Shown in pieces: positions 1 to 9,124 of a stretch of DNA of 64,000 nt. The stretch's first letter is position 1. Each line of letters starts with the position of its first letter. Position numbers and translations under genes: made by a program. Origin of the DNA: Acidobacteriota bacterium (lineage in GTDB: Bacteria; Acidobacteriota; UBA6911). Under the pieces are notes generated by a model. It worked only from the letters and a program-made list of their open reading frames with translations. It did not search any database and was not told the origin of the DNA. Location: the NCBI GenBank assembly GCA_965249005.1, contig CBDFLD010000016.1, positions 342,264 to 406,263 on the forward strand, read 5' to 3'.

Positions 1-722
1 TCGTAAACCTCTGGCTTGGCGAAGGCGGCGTCTGCTCGAAAGACGATCTCTTTGCCTTGCTCCTGTTGAAAATCGATCTCCGGCAACAGAAGCTCGTCCC
101 AGTCCTCGGCGCTATGCACGTTACCCGGCCGCAGCTTGGCCGCCAGACAGTCCCCGTGACTATTGAACAGAAACAGCGGATGGTAACACACGGACTCGAA
201 GTGGCCATTGTAGGCGCTGCCTTCCTGCTGACCATGCACCGGACTCTCGCTTGAGTCCATATCCAACACTACGCGATCAGACTTGTCCAGAGCCTCGGCC
301 TGTGCGAGTGTCTCTCGGTTCAGAGCCATCAGCCCGATCAGATTCTCTTCTCGCGTCAGCAGCTCCGTCTCGAACCAGTGTAACGTCGAGGTCAGCGCCG
401 CACCGCGATCCCAGTTTTTCTTCGAGCCGATCAAGCGAAAGGTCGGATCAACTGAGACCCGCGCGGCATCGTTAAGGTCTTCGTAGCCTGCCAGGCGACT
501 ATAGACCGATTGCCGCAGCAGATCGACGAGCGGGAACTGTTTGTTCAAGCCTTGCCGCGTGTCGTTGAGATGCTCGTCTATGAGTCGTCCCATCCCCAGC
601 CGTTCGTCCAACTCGCGGACCAGAATCAGGCCACCCTCGGAGGTGACTCGCGATCCCTGAAAATCAACTTTGAGTAATCCGTTAAAGCTGAGTTGAAACC
701 CCTTTCGTTCTTTTTCACCCAT
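1..722 (-). CDS. IS1380-family DDE transposase, N-terminal part; the gene continues beyond the window start (partial)
   Basis: The minus-strand ORF starts at ATG 722..720 and runs off coordinate 1 with no stop. My translation reads MGEKERKGFQLSFNGLLKVDFQGSRVTSEGGLILVRELDERLG...VLDMDSSESPVHGQQEGSAYNGHFESVCYHPL. This is the characteristic IS1380-type N-terminus (KVDFdGGrlTSdgGllLLRELDERLGL) and first DDE region (D..D.....G.QEG..YNG....CYHPL). Confidence 0.75.
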   Translation of the reverse strand, partial: MGEKERKGFQLSFNGLLKVDFQGSRVTSEGGLILVRELDERLGMGRLIDEHLNDTRQGLNKQFPLVDLLRQSVYSRLAGYEDLNDAARVSVDPTFRLIGSKKNWDRGAALTSTLHWFETELLTREENLIGLMALNRETLAQAEALDKSDRVVLDMDSSESPVHGQQEGSAYNGHFESVCYHPLFLFNSHGDCLAAKLRPGNVHSAEDWDELLLPEIDFQQEQGKEIVFRADAAFAKPEVY

Positions 723-763
723 CGGGTGTTGCCCTCCAATGTGTCCTTATCATTCTCCGACGC

Positions 764-1108
764 TTATAAATAGGGATGCCGAAGGCGGCTGAAAGGTTGA
801 TATATTTCATTCAAATTGGAAATCCGGGCTGAGTCTGTCTGGCAAAAAGTAGCCTGGGGGACGTTTCTTCTTGCAATACGAATCGCCGACTGCGAAATGT
901 CTACCCCCACAACTTCGTGCCCCGCCTCCACGAAATGCCGGGCGGCGGATCCCGTATTGCAGCCAAAATCGAGAATGCGCGCGCTCCGCTTCCCGATTTT
1001 CCTCAATGCGTAGTCGACCCTTGCCCGGAAAGTTGGTTCCGTCTCCAATCCGGGCGAGTTCTCGATTGACGCGTATCGGTCTTGATAGTATTCGATCATC
1101 GAAGACAT
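764..1108 (-). CDS. class I SAM-dependent methyltransferase, short and possibly 3'-truncated by the adjacent IS1380
   Basis: From the internal Met, the ORF reads MSSMIEYYQDR...ILDFGCNTGSAARHFVEAGHEVVGVDIS, with motif I (DFGCNTG) and the acidic post-I (VGVD). At 115 aa it is short for this fold, and its C-terminus runs into AT-rich sequence next to the IS terminus. Confidence 0.5.
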   Translation of the reverse strand: MSSMIEYYQDRYASIENSPGLETEPTFRARVDYALRKIGKRSARILDFGCNTGSAARHFVEAGHEVVGVDISQSAIRIARRNVPQATFCQTDSARISNLNEIYQPFSRLRHPYL

Positions 1109-1110
1109 AT

Positions 1111-2301
1111 TCAGTTCATCCCACCCAGGTGCTGTCTCACGATTAGACGATAGAGATCCGCAAACCCTCGTGCGGCTGCATTTGGGGTAAATGTGGATTC
1201 GACGAGTTCGAGCCCGGCGGCCCCGCGTGTAGACCTTTCCGTTTGGTCTGTCAAAGCTTCTGCAAGTCCACGCTTCATATCGGTTCGGTTCCGGCTTATG
1301 ATCCATCCGGCACCGGCTTTCCGGACCGTCTCCGCAAGGTGTACATGGGTACTAATAAACACGGGCACCGACATCGAAAGCGCTTCGACCGCTGCAAACC
1401 CAAAGTTCTCGTGATGGGACGGGAGTGCCAGTATGGATGCCTCCTGCAATGCCGCCGTCTTTTTTTCTCCGTCCAGCCAGCCGGCAAAAATCACACGATG
1501 CCCGGATCGATGATCATTTGCCATATGCTTCAGCTGTGACACATATCGGGGATCCCCGTCACCTGCGACGAGTAGCCTCCACTGATTGAATTCCGGATGC
1601 TCGGCAAGATCCAGGAAGACTTCGAAAAGCAACTCTAGCCCCTTGACCGGGTGTAGACGAGACATCAACAACACGTACGGCCGCCTCCCCAGCCCGCGGT
1701 AGGCAGCGCGAAATTCCGCACAGGTGCGCGTGTCCGCCCGTTCCTTTGTCGCAATACCGGGCGGGATGACGACACCACGATCAAGGCCGAGTGCCCCTTC
1801 GGCTTGACGTTTTTCCTCTGTGCTCGTGTAATGAACGGCCGCCGCCCCCTCGAGCATTTGCTTGACGCCAAACTGCCAAAGGAATTTCTTCTGGTAGTGC
1901 TTCCTTTTCATACTCCAGTGAGAAAGCGAACCGATCGGCCGAACAACGTAGGGAACGTTCTGCAACCGGCAGAACCTTGCGGCGGCAATGCTCGAGTGAG
2001 AAAAAATTGCATCGATATGGACCAGATCAAAGGCATGGACATTCCCTTTTATCCACTGCGAAAGTTGTCTCGAGTATTTGAACCGTTCACTCCATTCCCG
2101 GCGGAAGAAGATGACTTGTGAACCATTGAACGAAATAGGTCTTCCCAGGTCAACGTCTAGCCTGCCATCGCCGTCCGCATCCGTAGTCGCCACCAGCGTC
2201 TCCACCCCTTGCCTGCCCAGACCTTCGCAGATGTCAAAAACGGCACGACTGGGGCCACCGTATTGCATCGCAACAGCAGGAATGACGTGGAGTACTTTCA
2301 T
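1111..2301 (-). CDS. GT4-family glycosyltransferase
   Basis: 396 aa. The N-terminus is MKVLHVIPA. The C-terminal EX7E motif is LPSHHENFGFAAVEALSMSVPVFIS. Confidence 0.85.
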   Translation of the reverse strand: MKVLHVIPAVAMQYGGPSRAVFDICEGLGRQGVETLVATTDADGDGRLDVDLGRPISFNGSQVIFFRREWSERFKYSRQLSQWIKGNVHAFDLVHIDAIFSHSSIAAARFCRLQNVPYVVRPIGSLSHWSMKRKHYQKKFLWQFGVKQMLEGAAAVHYTSTEEKRQAEGALGLDRGVVIPPGIATKERADTRTCAEFRAAYRGLGRRPYVLLMSRLHPVKGLELLFEVFLDLAEHPEFNQWRLLVAGDGDPRYVSQLKHMANDHRSGHRVIFAGWLDGEKKTAALQEASILALPSHHENFGFAAVEALSMSVPVFISTHVHLAETVRKAGAGWIISRNRTDMKRGLAEALTDQTERSTRGAAGLELVESTFTPNAAARGFADLYRLIVRQHLGGMN

Positions 2302-3176
2302 GATTGAGTTCGGTGCAACTTAGGAACCGGGCGGACGAACTCCCAGCTTCCGCGAGGGTCATAAGCTTTGGGAACATGCTCTAACTCGGACACATCACGG
2401 TTCTTCTCCGCTACCAGGAATATTGTCTTTCTGAACTTCTCTTGGCAGTACCGAAACGGAAGCTTCTCGAGAAGTCCGTACAAGCGAGACCACCCGCTTC
2501 GGTCGTAGACGTCCCAGTAGCCGGCTTCGACAATCCGAAAACCGCATAAGGAAACCAAATCCGTCAGCTCATCCGCGGTGAATAGATAGGAGTGTCTTTC
2601 ATATACGCTGGAACGGTACGCAGGAGTCGGTGAATGGCGATGAAACGGATTGGAAAACTGCGAGCCATTAGGCGTCGTCACCAGTAGCTTGCCGTGCAGA
2701 GGCAACCAGCGGTTGATATTCAGAAACATGACGTGCGGGGAGCGAATCATGTGCTCGATAATTTCACAGGCCAGGACCGTATCCGGCTCGGCATCCACAT
2801 CGAACAGTGTTCTCTCGAGGTTTGCCGAGTAATTGGTGACGGTGCTCTCGTTACCGGCTTCGGTTCGGATCCGATAGCAATGCGATGAGACCTCTATTTC
2901 ATCGGGCCAATCCGTAATCTCCTCCGCGGACACGGTACCGCAGACATCCAGCTCCGGATGATCAATGAGTTTCGACGTCATCGTCCAAGGGTGTGCGCCC
3001 AGTTCCAGGACGTTTCTCGATCCAATCTCGGCCAGCTTTGCCAGTACTGCCTCCATTCGCCTCTCATGATAGAGGGCGTAGGAAGCGAATCCCACCTTGC
3101 GTATGTCAATCAAGGTCTCGTCCGGCTTGGCTGCCGGATCATTCAACAGGGTCGTGGTCGCTGGTTCGGCTTGCAT
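2298..3176 (-). CDS. SAM-dependent methyltransferase (Methyltransf_23-like)
   Basis: 292 aa. NVLELGAHPW is a motif-I-like stretch and ACEIIEHM is motif-II-like. The gene overlaps the downstream glycosyltransferase by 4 bp, which suggests translational coupling. Confidence 0.55.
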   Translation of the reverse strand: MQAEPATTTLLNDPAAKPDETLIDIRKVGFASYALYHERRMEAVLAKLAEIGSRNVLELGAHPWTMTSKLIDHPELDVCGTVSAEEITDWPDEIEVSSHCYRIRTEAGNESTVTNYSANLERTLFDVDAEPDTVLACEIIEHMIRSPHVMFLNINRWLPLHGKLLVTTPNGSQFSNPFHRHSPTPAYRSSVYERHSYLFTADELTDLVSLCGFRIVEAGYWDVYDRSGWSRLYGLLEKLPFRYCQEKFRKTIFLVAEKNRDVSELEHVPKAYDPRGSWEFVRPVPKLHRTQS

Positions 3177-3227
3177 TCGGGTTTAGCTCCAGTCTCATTG
3201 GACCGAGCGAGATCGGTCATGAAGGCG

Positions 3228-4445
3228 TCAAGGGCTCGATGGGGAACGTGTTGTGCGTCCCGTCTTCCCCGACACCGTCTGTTGTAGTTGATCGACTCTA
3301 TTCAATCGAACGTCCGACAGTCCCGGACTCACCTTGATGAGCCGTCGCATTATTTCACTGGCTGTCGAGGTTGATAGTCCGTCCGGCGACACGTAGTTCA
3401 ACCGGATCTGCCCTTCAGACTGGGTTAATTGATAAGCAACCACCTCAGAAAACTCTTTGAGGGAGTGTGCAAAGGCCTCGGAGTGAATCGCACTGCCGTC
3501 CCCGAGCCGGACCACATCATTACAACGTCCGATGACCGAGTCGAATTGCTGGTCGAAGGCTGATTCGTTGGGATCGCACGAGATGAGATCCCCTAGACGA
3601 TATCGAACCAGGGGCACGCAACGAGGATACAGCGTGGTAATGACAATCTCGTGAGCGCCGTCCACTACTTTCGAGGGTTGTCCCTCTACAAAAAAGTGCC
3701 TCCAGAAGACAGCGTACCGCCCGTCGGCTTGCTGGTGCGCAATCGGCCCCGTTTCCATCGAGCCATATTCCATGGCCACCGGGACGCCGAGAACTTCCGA
3801 GATCAACTGTGCACTGTCGGTGCGCGGAAAGGACTCTCCTGTCCCGATCGCGACCTTCAATTGGAGCGCTTCGAAACGTGACTGGAGGTCCCGATTGATC
3901 CTCACCAGCCGGTCGAGAGCCACGGAATAGCCGATCAGAAAAGCCGGCTGGAACTCGAGCAACCTCTCCGCTGCCCCCCTCAGTCCGGGTTCACTAAGGT
4001 CGTAGGCCGAATGGCGATAGTACCCAAGCAGCCGGTCCTTGACGCGACGCTTGAGACTGTTGACTCTTCCCCGAAGCCCGGCGCCCAGAATATGACTGTG
4101 CCCCCAGACTAGGAACAGGCGATCGCTGGGCTCCACCCCGAACCAGCTTCGTCCAAGCCATATATCCTTGGTAGAGAACTCGAGTTCGGAATTCCACGAA
4201 GCTACTTGAACCGGTTGAGCCGTCGAACCTCCAGTGGTGCGAGTAAAGTCATCGGCCCGCGTCTTGTTCCTCAGATCCCCGGACGGATCCTGCAGCGTGC
4301 GTTTATCCATCGTGGGAACCACGGCCTGGAATTCGGACCAATCTGCAAATCGGTCGGGCAGGCGTCGCTCCTTGTGCAATCTGTGGAAATACGGCACCTG
4401 GTTGCGGATCGAGGCCCACTGGACATTGAACTGCTCCAGCGCCAC
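3228..4445 (-). CDS. CapK-like / phenylacetate-CoA-ligase-family adenylate-forming enzyme
   Basis: 405 aa. The TTGGSTAQP motif is P-loop-like for adenylate-forming enzymes, and overall the protein resembles CapK/PaaK (coenzyme F390 synthetase-like) enzymes. Confidence 0.5.
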   Translation of the reverse strand: MALEQFNVQWASIRNQVPYFHRLHKERRLPDRFADWSEFQAVVPTMDKRTLQDPSGDLRNKTRADDFTRTTGGSTAQPVQVASWNSELEFSTKDIWLGRSWFGVEPSDRLFLVWGHSHILGAGLRGRVNSLKRRVKDRLLGYYRHSAYDLSEPGLRGAAERLLEFQPAFLIGYSVALDRLVRINRDLQSRFEALQLKVAIGTGESFPRTDSAQLISEVLGVPVAMEYGSMETGPIAHQQADGRYAVFWRHFFVEGQPSKVVDGAHEIVITTLYPRCVPLVRYRLGDLISCDPNESAFDQQFDSVIGRCNDVVRLGDGSAIHSEAFAHSLKEFSEVVAYQLTQSEGQIRLNYVSPDGLSTSTASEIMRRLIKVSPGLSDVRLNRVDQLQQTVSGKTGRTTRSPSSP

Positions 4446-4546
4446 TCCCGAATCTCGAGCGGAGAGCGCGCCTTCCCGTAGAATAACCGCTGCTCCTCGA
4501 CCAATGGTCGGACTCTAGACGAACGTAGTTTCTCGACTCCTAACAT

Positions 4547-5656
4547 TTACAATACCGTGGAGACTCTTTCCTTGAAGCGCTCCTGAAAATGTCTTGCCGT
4601 AAAGCTCTCATGCAGCCTTCCGAACCCTCTTGCTCCCATCTTGCTGCAGAGGCCAGGATCGTTCAGAAGAGCGTGAAGCACAGAATAGAGCTCTTGCTCA
4701 TCGCTTTGGTCTTTCAACAGAAAGCCCGTTTCACCATGAACGATCACGTCCTCGGCGCCCTGGTCCCAACAGCCGACGCATGCCTTCCCCTCGTTCATCG
4801 CCTCCAGGAATGTTAGCCCGAACCCTTCTTGGGTACTGGGCATCACAAACGCGTAGCACCGTCGATACAATTCCCGCAATACCTCCACCGGAACCCATCC
4901 TGGGAAAAAGACGGATTCGCCGATACCCAGCCGGATGGCTACCCGCCTCAACCGGTCGATGTCTTCTCCCGGGCCGGCAAAGACGACCTGCAGGTGCCCG
5001 AATCCGTTCCGCAGCAAGGGAAGCACGTTCAGTAGTTCCGTATGACCCTTTTGGCGCTCATCGGGATCGATCCTCGCCACGTGCAACAACATTCGATCGC
5101 CGATGGATCTCCGGATCCCATCGGCTGCCTCGAGCGTCAGTTGTCCATCACTCTTGACAGGCAAAGTCGGGTTGAGCTCAAATCCGGGGGACAGCCCAAG
5201 TGGACACGCGTGCCCTTTGAATCTTCCCATTACTTGTTTCATCTTCTTCAAGGTGAATTCCGAATTGGTCAAGCAAAGGTCAGCCTTCCTGAACGACTGC
5301 CGACTCACCTTCCGAATCCTCTTCCAGGCCTCGGATCCATGCGCGAAGATAACTGTCTGAACGAGATTCAGGTTGGCAACTGGCAGAATCGGAAGAGCCA
5401 ATGTCACGTGGTCAAAACAGAAAATAGGCTTCCACGAAAGCGCCTGTATAAGCTTCAGAGAAAACCGCATTTTGTTTCCCTTCATCGCATCGAAGCGAAC
5501 CTGACTAGGAAGAAAGTCCGGACGGTCCGATGCATTCTCCAGCAGACTAATCACCGAGAGCTTCATTCGCCGTTCGGTGGCGAGGTCGTTCAACGCATGG
5601 AGAATATTGAGATTCGTGGTGGCAATACCGCCACACAGTCCTCGTGCGCCGGTCAT
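4547..5656 (-). CDS. GT4-family glycosyltransferase
   Basis: The EX7E motif is MPSTQEGFGLTFLEAMNEGKACVG. The likely start is MTGARGLCGGIATTNLN at 5656; the ORF stays open up to 5779. Confidence 0.8.
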   Translation of the reverse strand: MTGARGLCGGIATTNLNILHALNDLATERRMKLSVISLLENASDRPDFLPSQVRFDAMKGNKMRFSLKLIQALSWKPIFCFDHVTLALPILPVANLNLVQTVIFAHGSEAWKRIRKVSRQSFRKADLCLTNSEFTLKKMKQVMGRFKGHACPLGLSPGFELNPTLPVKSDGQLTLEAADGIRRSIGDRMLLHVARIDPDERQKGHTELLNVLPLLRNGFGHLQVVFAGPGEDIDRLRRVAIRLGIGESVFFPGWVPVEVLRELYRRCYAFVMPSTQEGFGLTFLEAMNEGKACVGCWDQGAEDVIVHGETGFLLKDQSDEQELYSVLHALLNDPGLCSKMGARGFGRLHESFTARHFQERFKERVSTVL

Positions 5657-5688
5657 GGCAAAGACTATTTGGGTGCGGCGGTATCTTT

Positions 5689-7248
5689 TCACAGAGGTTT
5701 CTTGGACTGATGCATGGATAGTACAACCGAATCGCGGCTGACCACTTTCGGGTCTCTTGATATGAACTCCATGAACCACGGCCCGGCGAAATAGATCAGC
5801 AGGATGAATATGATGAATGTTTGCAGGATACCACCGATCATGTAGGCAATCTCACCTTCGAAGCTAATGAAGTGTTGAATGAAGATTACGGTAGCGCTAG
5901 ACATCGCAATCATCGGGACGGGAGAGAATTTGAACAGCGCACCGTAGACCCCGCCGACAAAGGTACCCAGCACCAGGATGCAGAAGAACATCCCTATGAA
6001 ACCGAAGTCTATGTAAAACTGTGCCATGTAAGCGAGACCAACGGAGGTGCCCTCCTCCTCCCCTGCAACGACCGCACCGGCGTATTGGCTAACCAGCCAC
6101 GAATTGGATCCGAGATTGGGCTTTTCGGGAAAGAGAAATCGTGGTTTGGCGACATGCTCGAACACTCGGCCGGTCAGCATCCCACCCTCATGAGGCACGA
6201 CCTCCGGCACCCGATCCAAGACGAGAGAAAAGTAACCAATTCCGGACGACATCCGAGTCACCAGAGCTTCGAAAGCGGAAAACAGATCTAGGTTCTGCAT
6301 TGCTTCCTGAACGATCCCTGCAAACGAACCGACCTTTTCCATGGGCGAGCCAGAAATATCTCCCGACACAACTGCCGGTCTCCAATTCGGCTTGACCCCG
6401 CCTTCCCAGATCAACGCCATGCCGACGAGCAGGATGCACATGATTGCCAACGACGTCATGATGCGCCGGCGGTACTGACGCTCGCCCTTAGACTTCAGAT
6501 GAAGATGCAGGTCGGTCAGAAGCGCGATTACGATATAGAAGAGCAGCTCCTTGAAGTTTGACATGACCGAAGCGAACCGGGGAACCATCGCATAAATGAG
6601 AGCGGCTATCCCGTAGAGGTAGCCTCGCCGGCGGCGAACGATAACAAAGATCAACAGGAAAAGGAGAACCTCTCGAAACGATATCAGGTTGGTGATGATC
6701 TGCGATACGCGAAACGCTATGGCGGCAGGCGTGATTTCAATGAACCAGTTGATGGAGTAGAGCGCAATGACACTCCAGAATAGTCGTTTGACGTTGTACC
6801 GCGGCCCGATAGCCTGCTTGCTGTCCTTGAAGGACGGGCACTTGTTAAAGAACGGGTACAAACCGACTCTCATCCCGACAGCGAGGACAAAGAGTCCCGA
6901 CACAGACAGCAGGACCGCAAAGTCCAGGTTTCCGTAAAAGGGCAACGCAGGGAAGTGGCCTGTGAAATGATTGTACGCATAGCCCAGCACTATGAAGAGC
7001 CACTGATAGGCCATACAGAAAACCAAGACAGGGGGGTTTTCCTTGCGCCAGAGAATGCCCGCAACAGCAAATAGAACGAATACACAAAAACCGAGCACTG
7101 CGGACAGGCTGACGGCTCCCACCGCAACGCCCGCGATTGCCCCGCGCCAGATGAACCTTCGCTCCAACGGATAGTCCTTGAGCTTCTGGGGGCGCGCGCG
7201 GACGTTGAAGCCTTGCTTTGCCGTTGCCTCAGCCACGGAGTAGGACAT
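5689..7248 (-). CDS. Wzy-like O-antigen/EPS polymerase, polytopic membrane protein
   Basis: About 520 aa with at least 10 predicted hydrophobic helices and a large periplasmic loop. It has no soluble-domain motifs, and it sits inside a Wzx/Wza/Wzc locus. Confidence 0.6.
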   Translation of the reverse strand: MSYSVAEATAKQGFNVRARPQKLKDYPLERRFIWRGAIAGVAVGAVSLSAVLGFCVFVLFAVAGILWRKENPPVLVFCMAYQWLFIVLGYAYNHFTGHFPALPFYGNLDFAVLLSVSGLFVLAVGMRVGLYPFFNKCPSFKDSKQAIGPRYNVKRLFWSVIALYSINWFIEITPAAIAFRVSQIITNLISFREVLLFLLIFVIVRRRRGYLYGIAALIYAMVPRFASVMSNFKELLFYIVIALLTDLHLHLKSKGERQYRRRIMTSLAIMCILLVGMALIWEGGVKPNWRPAVVSGDISGSPMEKVGSFAGIVQEAMQNLDLFSAFEALVTRMSSGIGYFSLVLDRVPEVVPHEGGMLTGRVFEHVAKPRFLFPEKPNLGSNSWLVSQYAGAVVAGEEEGTSVGLAYMAQFYIDFGFIGMFFCILVLGTFVGGVYGALFKFSPVPMIAMSSATVIFIQHFISFEGEIAYMIGGILQTFIIFILLIYFAGPWFMEFISRDPKVVSRDSVVLSMHQSKKPL

Positions 7249-8374
7249 CTTCCACCTTTCGGGCGCTTTTGGTGATATCGAACAACTCCAGCGCCCTCTT
7301 CTTCCCCGCATCCCCTAGTCGCTCTCGCAACACGTCATCGTTCGCAAGCCGTGTGATACAGGCGGCCAGCTGATCCGGGCGATGCCTGTCGACCAGGAAA
7401 CCGGTCTCGCCATCGCGAACGATCTCGGGCGTGCCCCCTACCCTAGTTGCAATAACGGGCAGTCCACTGGCCATGGCTTCAATATTGACGTTTGGCGCGG
7501 GATCTTCGTATCGAGACGGAACCACGAGCATATGCAGCTGCGCATAGACCGACTCGATCCTGTCGGTCCAACCGGCAAATCTGACGTATTCCTGCAGATG
7601 ATGCTTCAGAATGAAATCGAACAAGTACTGATGATAGGCAACCTCCTTGTCGAGCTTGCCCACCAATACGAAGCGACACCTCGATGTCGTTGCTGCAACC
7701 ATCTCTGCGGCTAACAAGAAGTCTTCGATCCCCTTCTTTATGCTGAATTGCCCGGCAAAACCCACAAGAACCTCAGCTGTCTCATCTCGCCGCTCCCGGA
7801 TTTTCTCGCTTGATGCCGGGTGAGAGAACTTGTCGAGGTCAACACCGTTGTGCACCACAAGCGTCTTCTCTTCCGAAACCCCCACTCTCAAGAATCCTCT
7901 TTTGACAGCCAGCGAATTCATCACAACCCTAGAACTTGTCCGGTTGATCCATCGGGCCACCCACCGAGAAACGAGGCTGTCATCGGGAATGTCGCCCACA
8001 TAAAAAACAATGGTCCTCCGAAGCACGAACCTCAAGAACAGGATAGCCGGTAAGGCATTGACAAAGGCATGGACGTTCAGAACGAGGACGACCCGGCATC
8101 GCCGTTTGACACAGGTAACGACCACGACCACGTAAAGTATCGGCATCTGTAGAATATTGATGAGCGTCCAGAGGGGATGAGCCCGACCCAGGTACCCGAA
8201 CGATGTCTTCGTGAAAGGAAGATTGTGCCGCGTCAGCAAGCGACTCACAGTCCCATCCTCCCACCTAGAGATCAAGAAAACCGGCCTCACGCGCTTCATG
8301 TGAAGCAAAGATGTGACAGCCCTCGTTTCCCTGCCGAAGGCCTCAGCGCCCATTCCCAATATCAGACTGTTCAC
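7229..8374 (-). CDS. GT4-family glycosyltransferase
   Basis: The EX7E region is VPSRYEDPAPNVNIEAMASGLPVIATRVGGTPEIV...GETGFLV. Confidence 0.85.
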   Translation of the reverse strand: MNSLILGMGAEAFGRETRAVTSLLHMKRVRPVFLISRWEDGTVSRLLTRHNLPFTKTSFGYLGRAHPLWTLINILQMPILYVVVVVTCVKRRCRVVLVLNVHAFVNALPAILFLRFVLRRTIVFYVGDIPDDSLVSRWVARWINRTSSRVVMNSLAVKRGFLRVGVSEEKTLVVHNGVDLDKFSHPASSEKIRERRDETAEVLVGFAGQFSIKKGIEDFLLAAEMVAATTSRCRFVLVGKLDKEVAYHQYLFDFILKHHLQEYVRFAGWTDRIESVYAQLHMLVVPSRYEDPAPNVNIEAMASGLPVIATRVGGTPEIVRDGETGFLVDRHRPDQLAACITRLANDDVLRERLGDAGKKRALELFDITKSARKVEDVLLRG

Positions 8375-8395
8375 GATTCAAGTCACCCAAACACT

Positions 8396-9124
8396 TCAGC
8401 GCCGCGGATGCCGGCAAATGGCCAAAATCTGTCCAAAGGGTCTAGGCGCGGTGCCCTCTCTAAGAAACGGGTTGTGAAAGTGACGTGCCAGAATTCGAAT
8501 GAGTCGCCATCCTACGAGGGTCGAGTACCTGTTGGACCATTCGAGTGGCCAGAAAAACGACAGTTTCACCTCCGAAAAGTGCGGGCTCAGGCTTTCCGCG
8601 AGTTCCTCCGGCTTGTACTCACGGACATGATTGGCGTCCCATCTCCGATCCGGCCGCCACTTGGGAGTCGTGACCATGAAAACGCCATTTGAGGCAATCA
8701 CTCTTCGGACCTCCTGCAGGCACAGATCCGGCTCTTCAAGGTGCTCAATCACATCGGCGAGCAGGATGGTGTCAAAGAAGCCCTCTCTGAATGGAAGGCT
8801 GTAGCAATTTCCCTGTACTACGGAGCAGTTCGTAAAGGGACGCAGCATGTGGCGCGCCAGCTCCACCCCAGATCGGTCCGACTCGACTCCGAAGACCTCG
8901 CGCGATCTCGGGCTCACGCGGCCCATGAGGTAACCGTCGCCGCATCCGACGTCGAGCACCCGGCTCGCATCGGTGATTCTCTTCACCAGCACCTCATACC
9001 TTGCAAACAGCGGCGGGTTGTACAGCCGAGACCGTCGCTCACATTCTTCCCAATGATAGGCACCAGACGCGGCATACTTGCCGAAGGCAACAGCTTGCGG
9101 AACTGCGGGTTGAAGTGCACTCAC
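8396..9124 (-). CDS. class I SAM-dependent methyltransferase (Methyltransf_11/25-like)
   Basis: VLDVGCGDGYL is motif I, followed by FGVESD and ILLADVIEHL. Confidence 0.8.
   Translation of the reverse strand: MSALQPAVPQAVAFGKYAASGAYHWEECERRSRLYNPPLFARYEVLVKRITDASRVLDVGCGDGYLMGRVSPRSREVFGVESDRSGVELARHMLRPFTNCSVVQGNCYSLPFREGFFDTILLADVIEHLEEPDLCLQEVRRVIASNGVFMVTTPKWRPDRRWDANHVREYKPEELAESLSPHFSEVKLSFFWPLEWSNRYSTLVGWRLIRILARHFHNPFLREGTAPRPFGQILAICRHPRR

Noticed and set aside
793-810. The AT-rich 11-mer ttgatatattt found near the 5' regions of both IS1380 transposase genes (also at 27527-27537)
   Set aside because: The two occurrences are in opposite orientation relative to their transposase genes, and the flanking IS termini are not otherwise similar. 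This is probably coincidental, or a generic AT-rich promoter-like feature.
5042-5710. A 222-aa plus-strand ORF, and the many other 60-200-aa plus-strand ORFs across 800-20700
   Set aside because: All are antisense to a contiguous minus-strand operon of motif-bearing glycosyltransferase, methyltransferase and Wz* genes. This is the expected result of the high-GC third-position bias.
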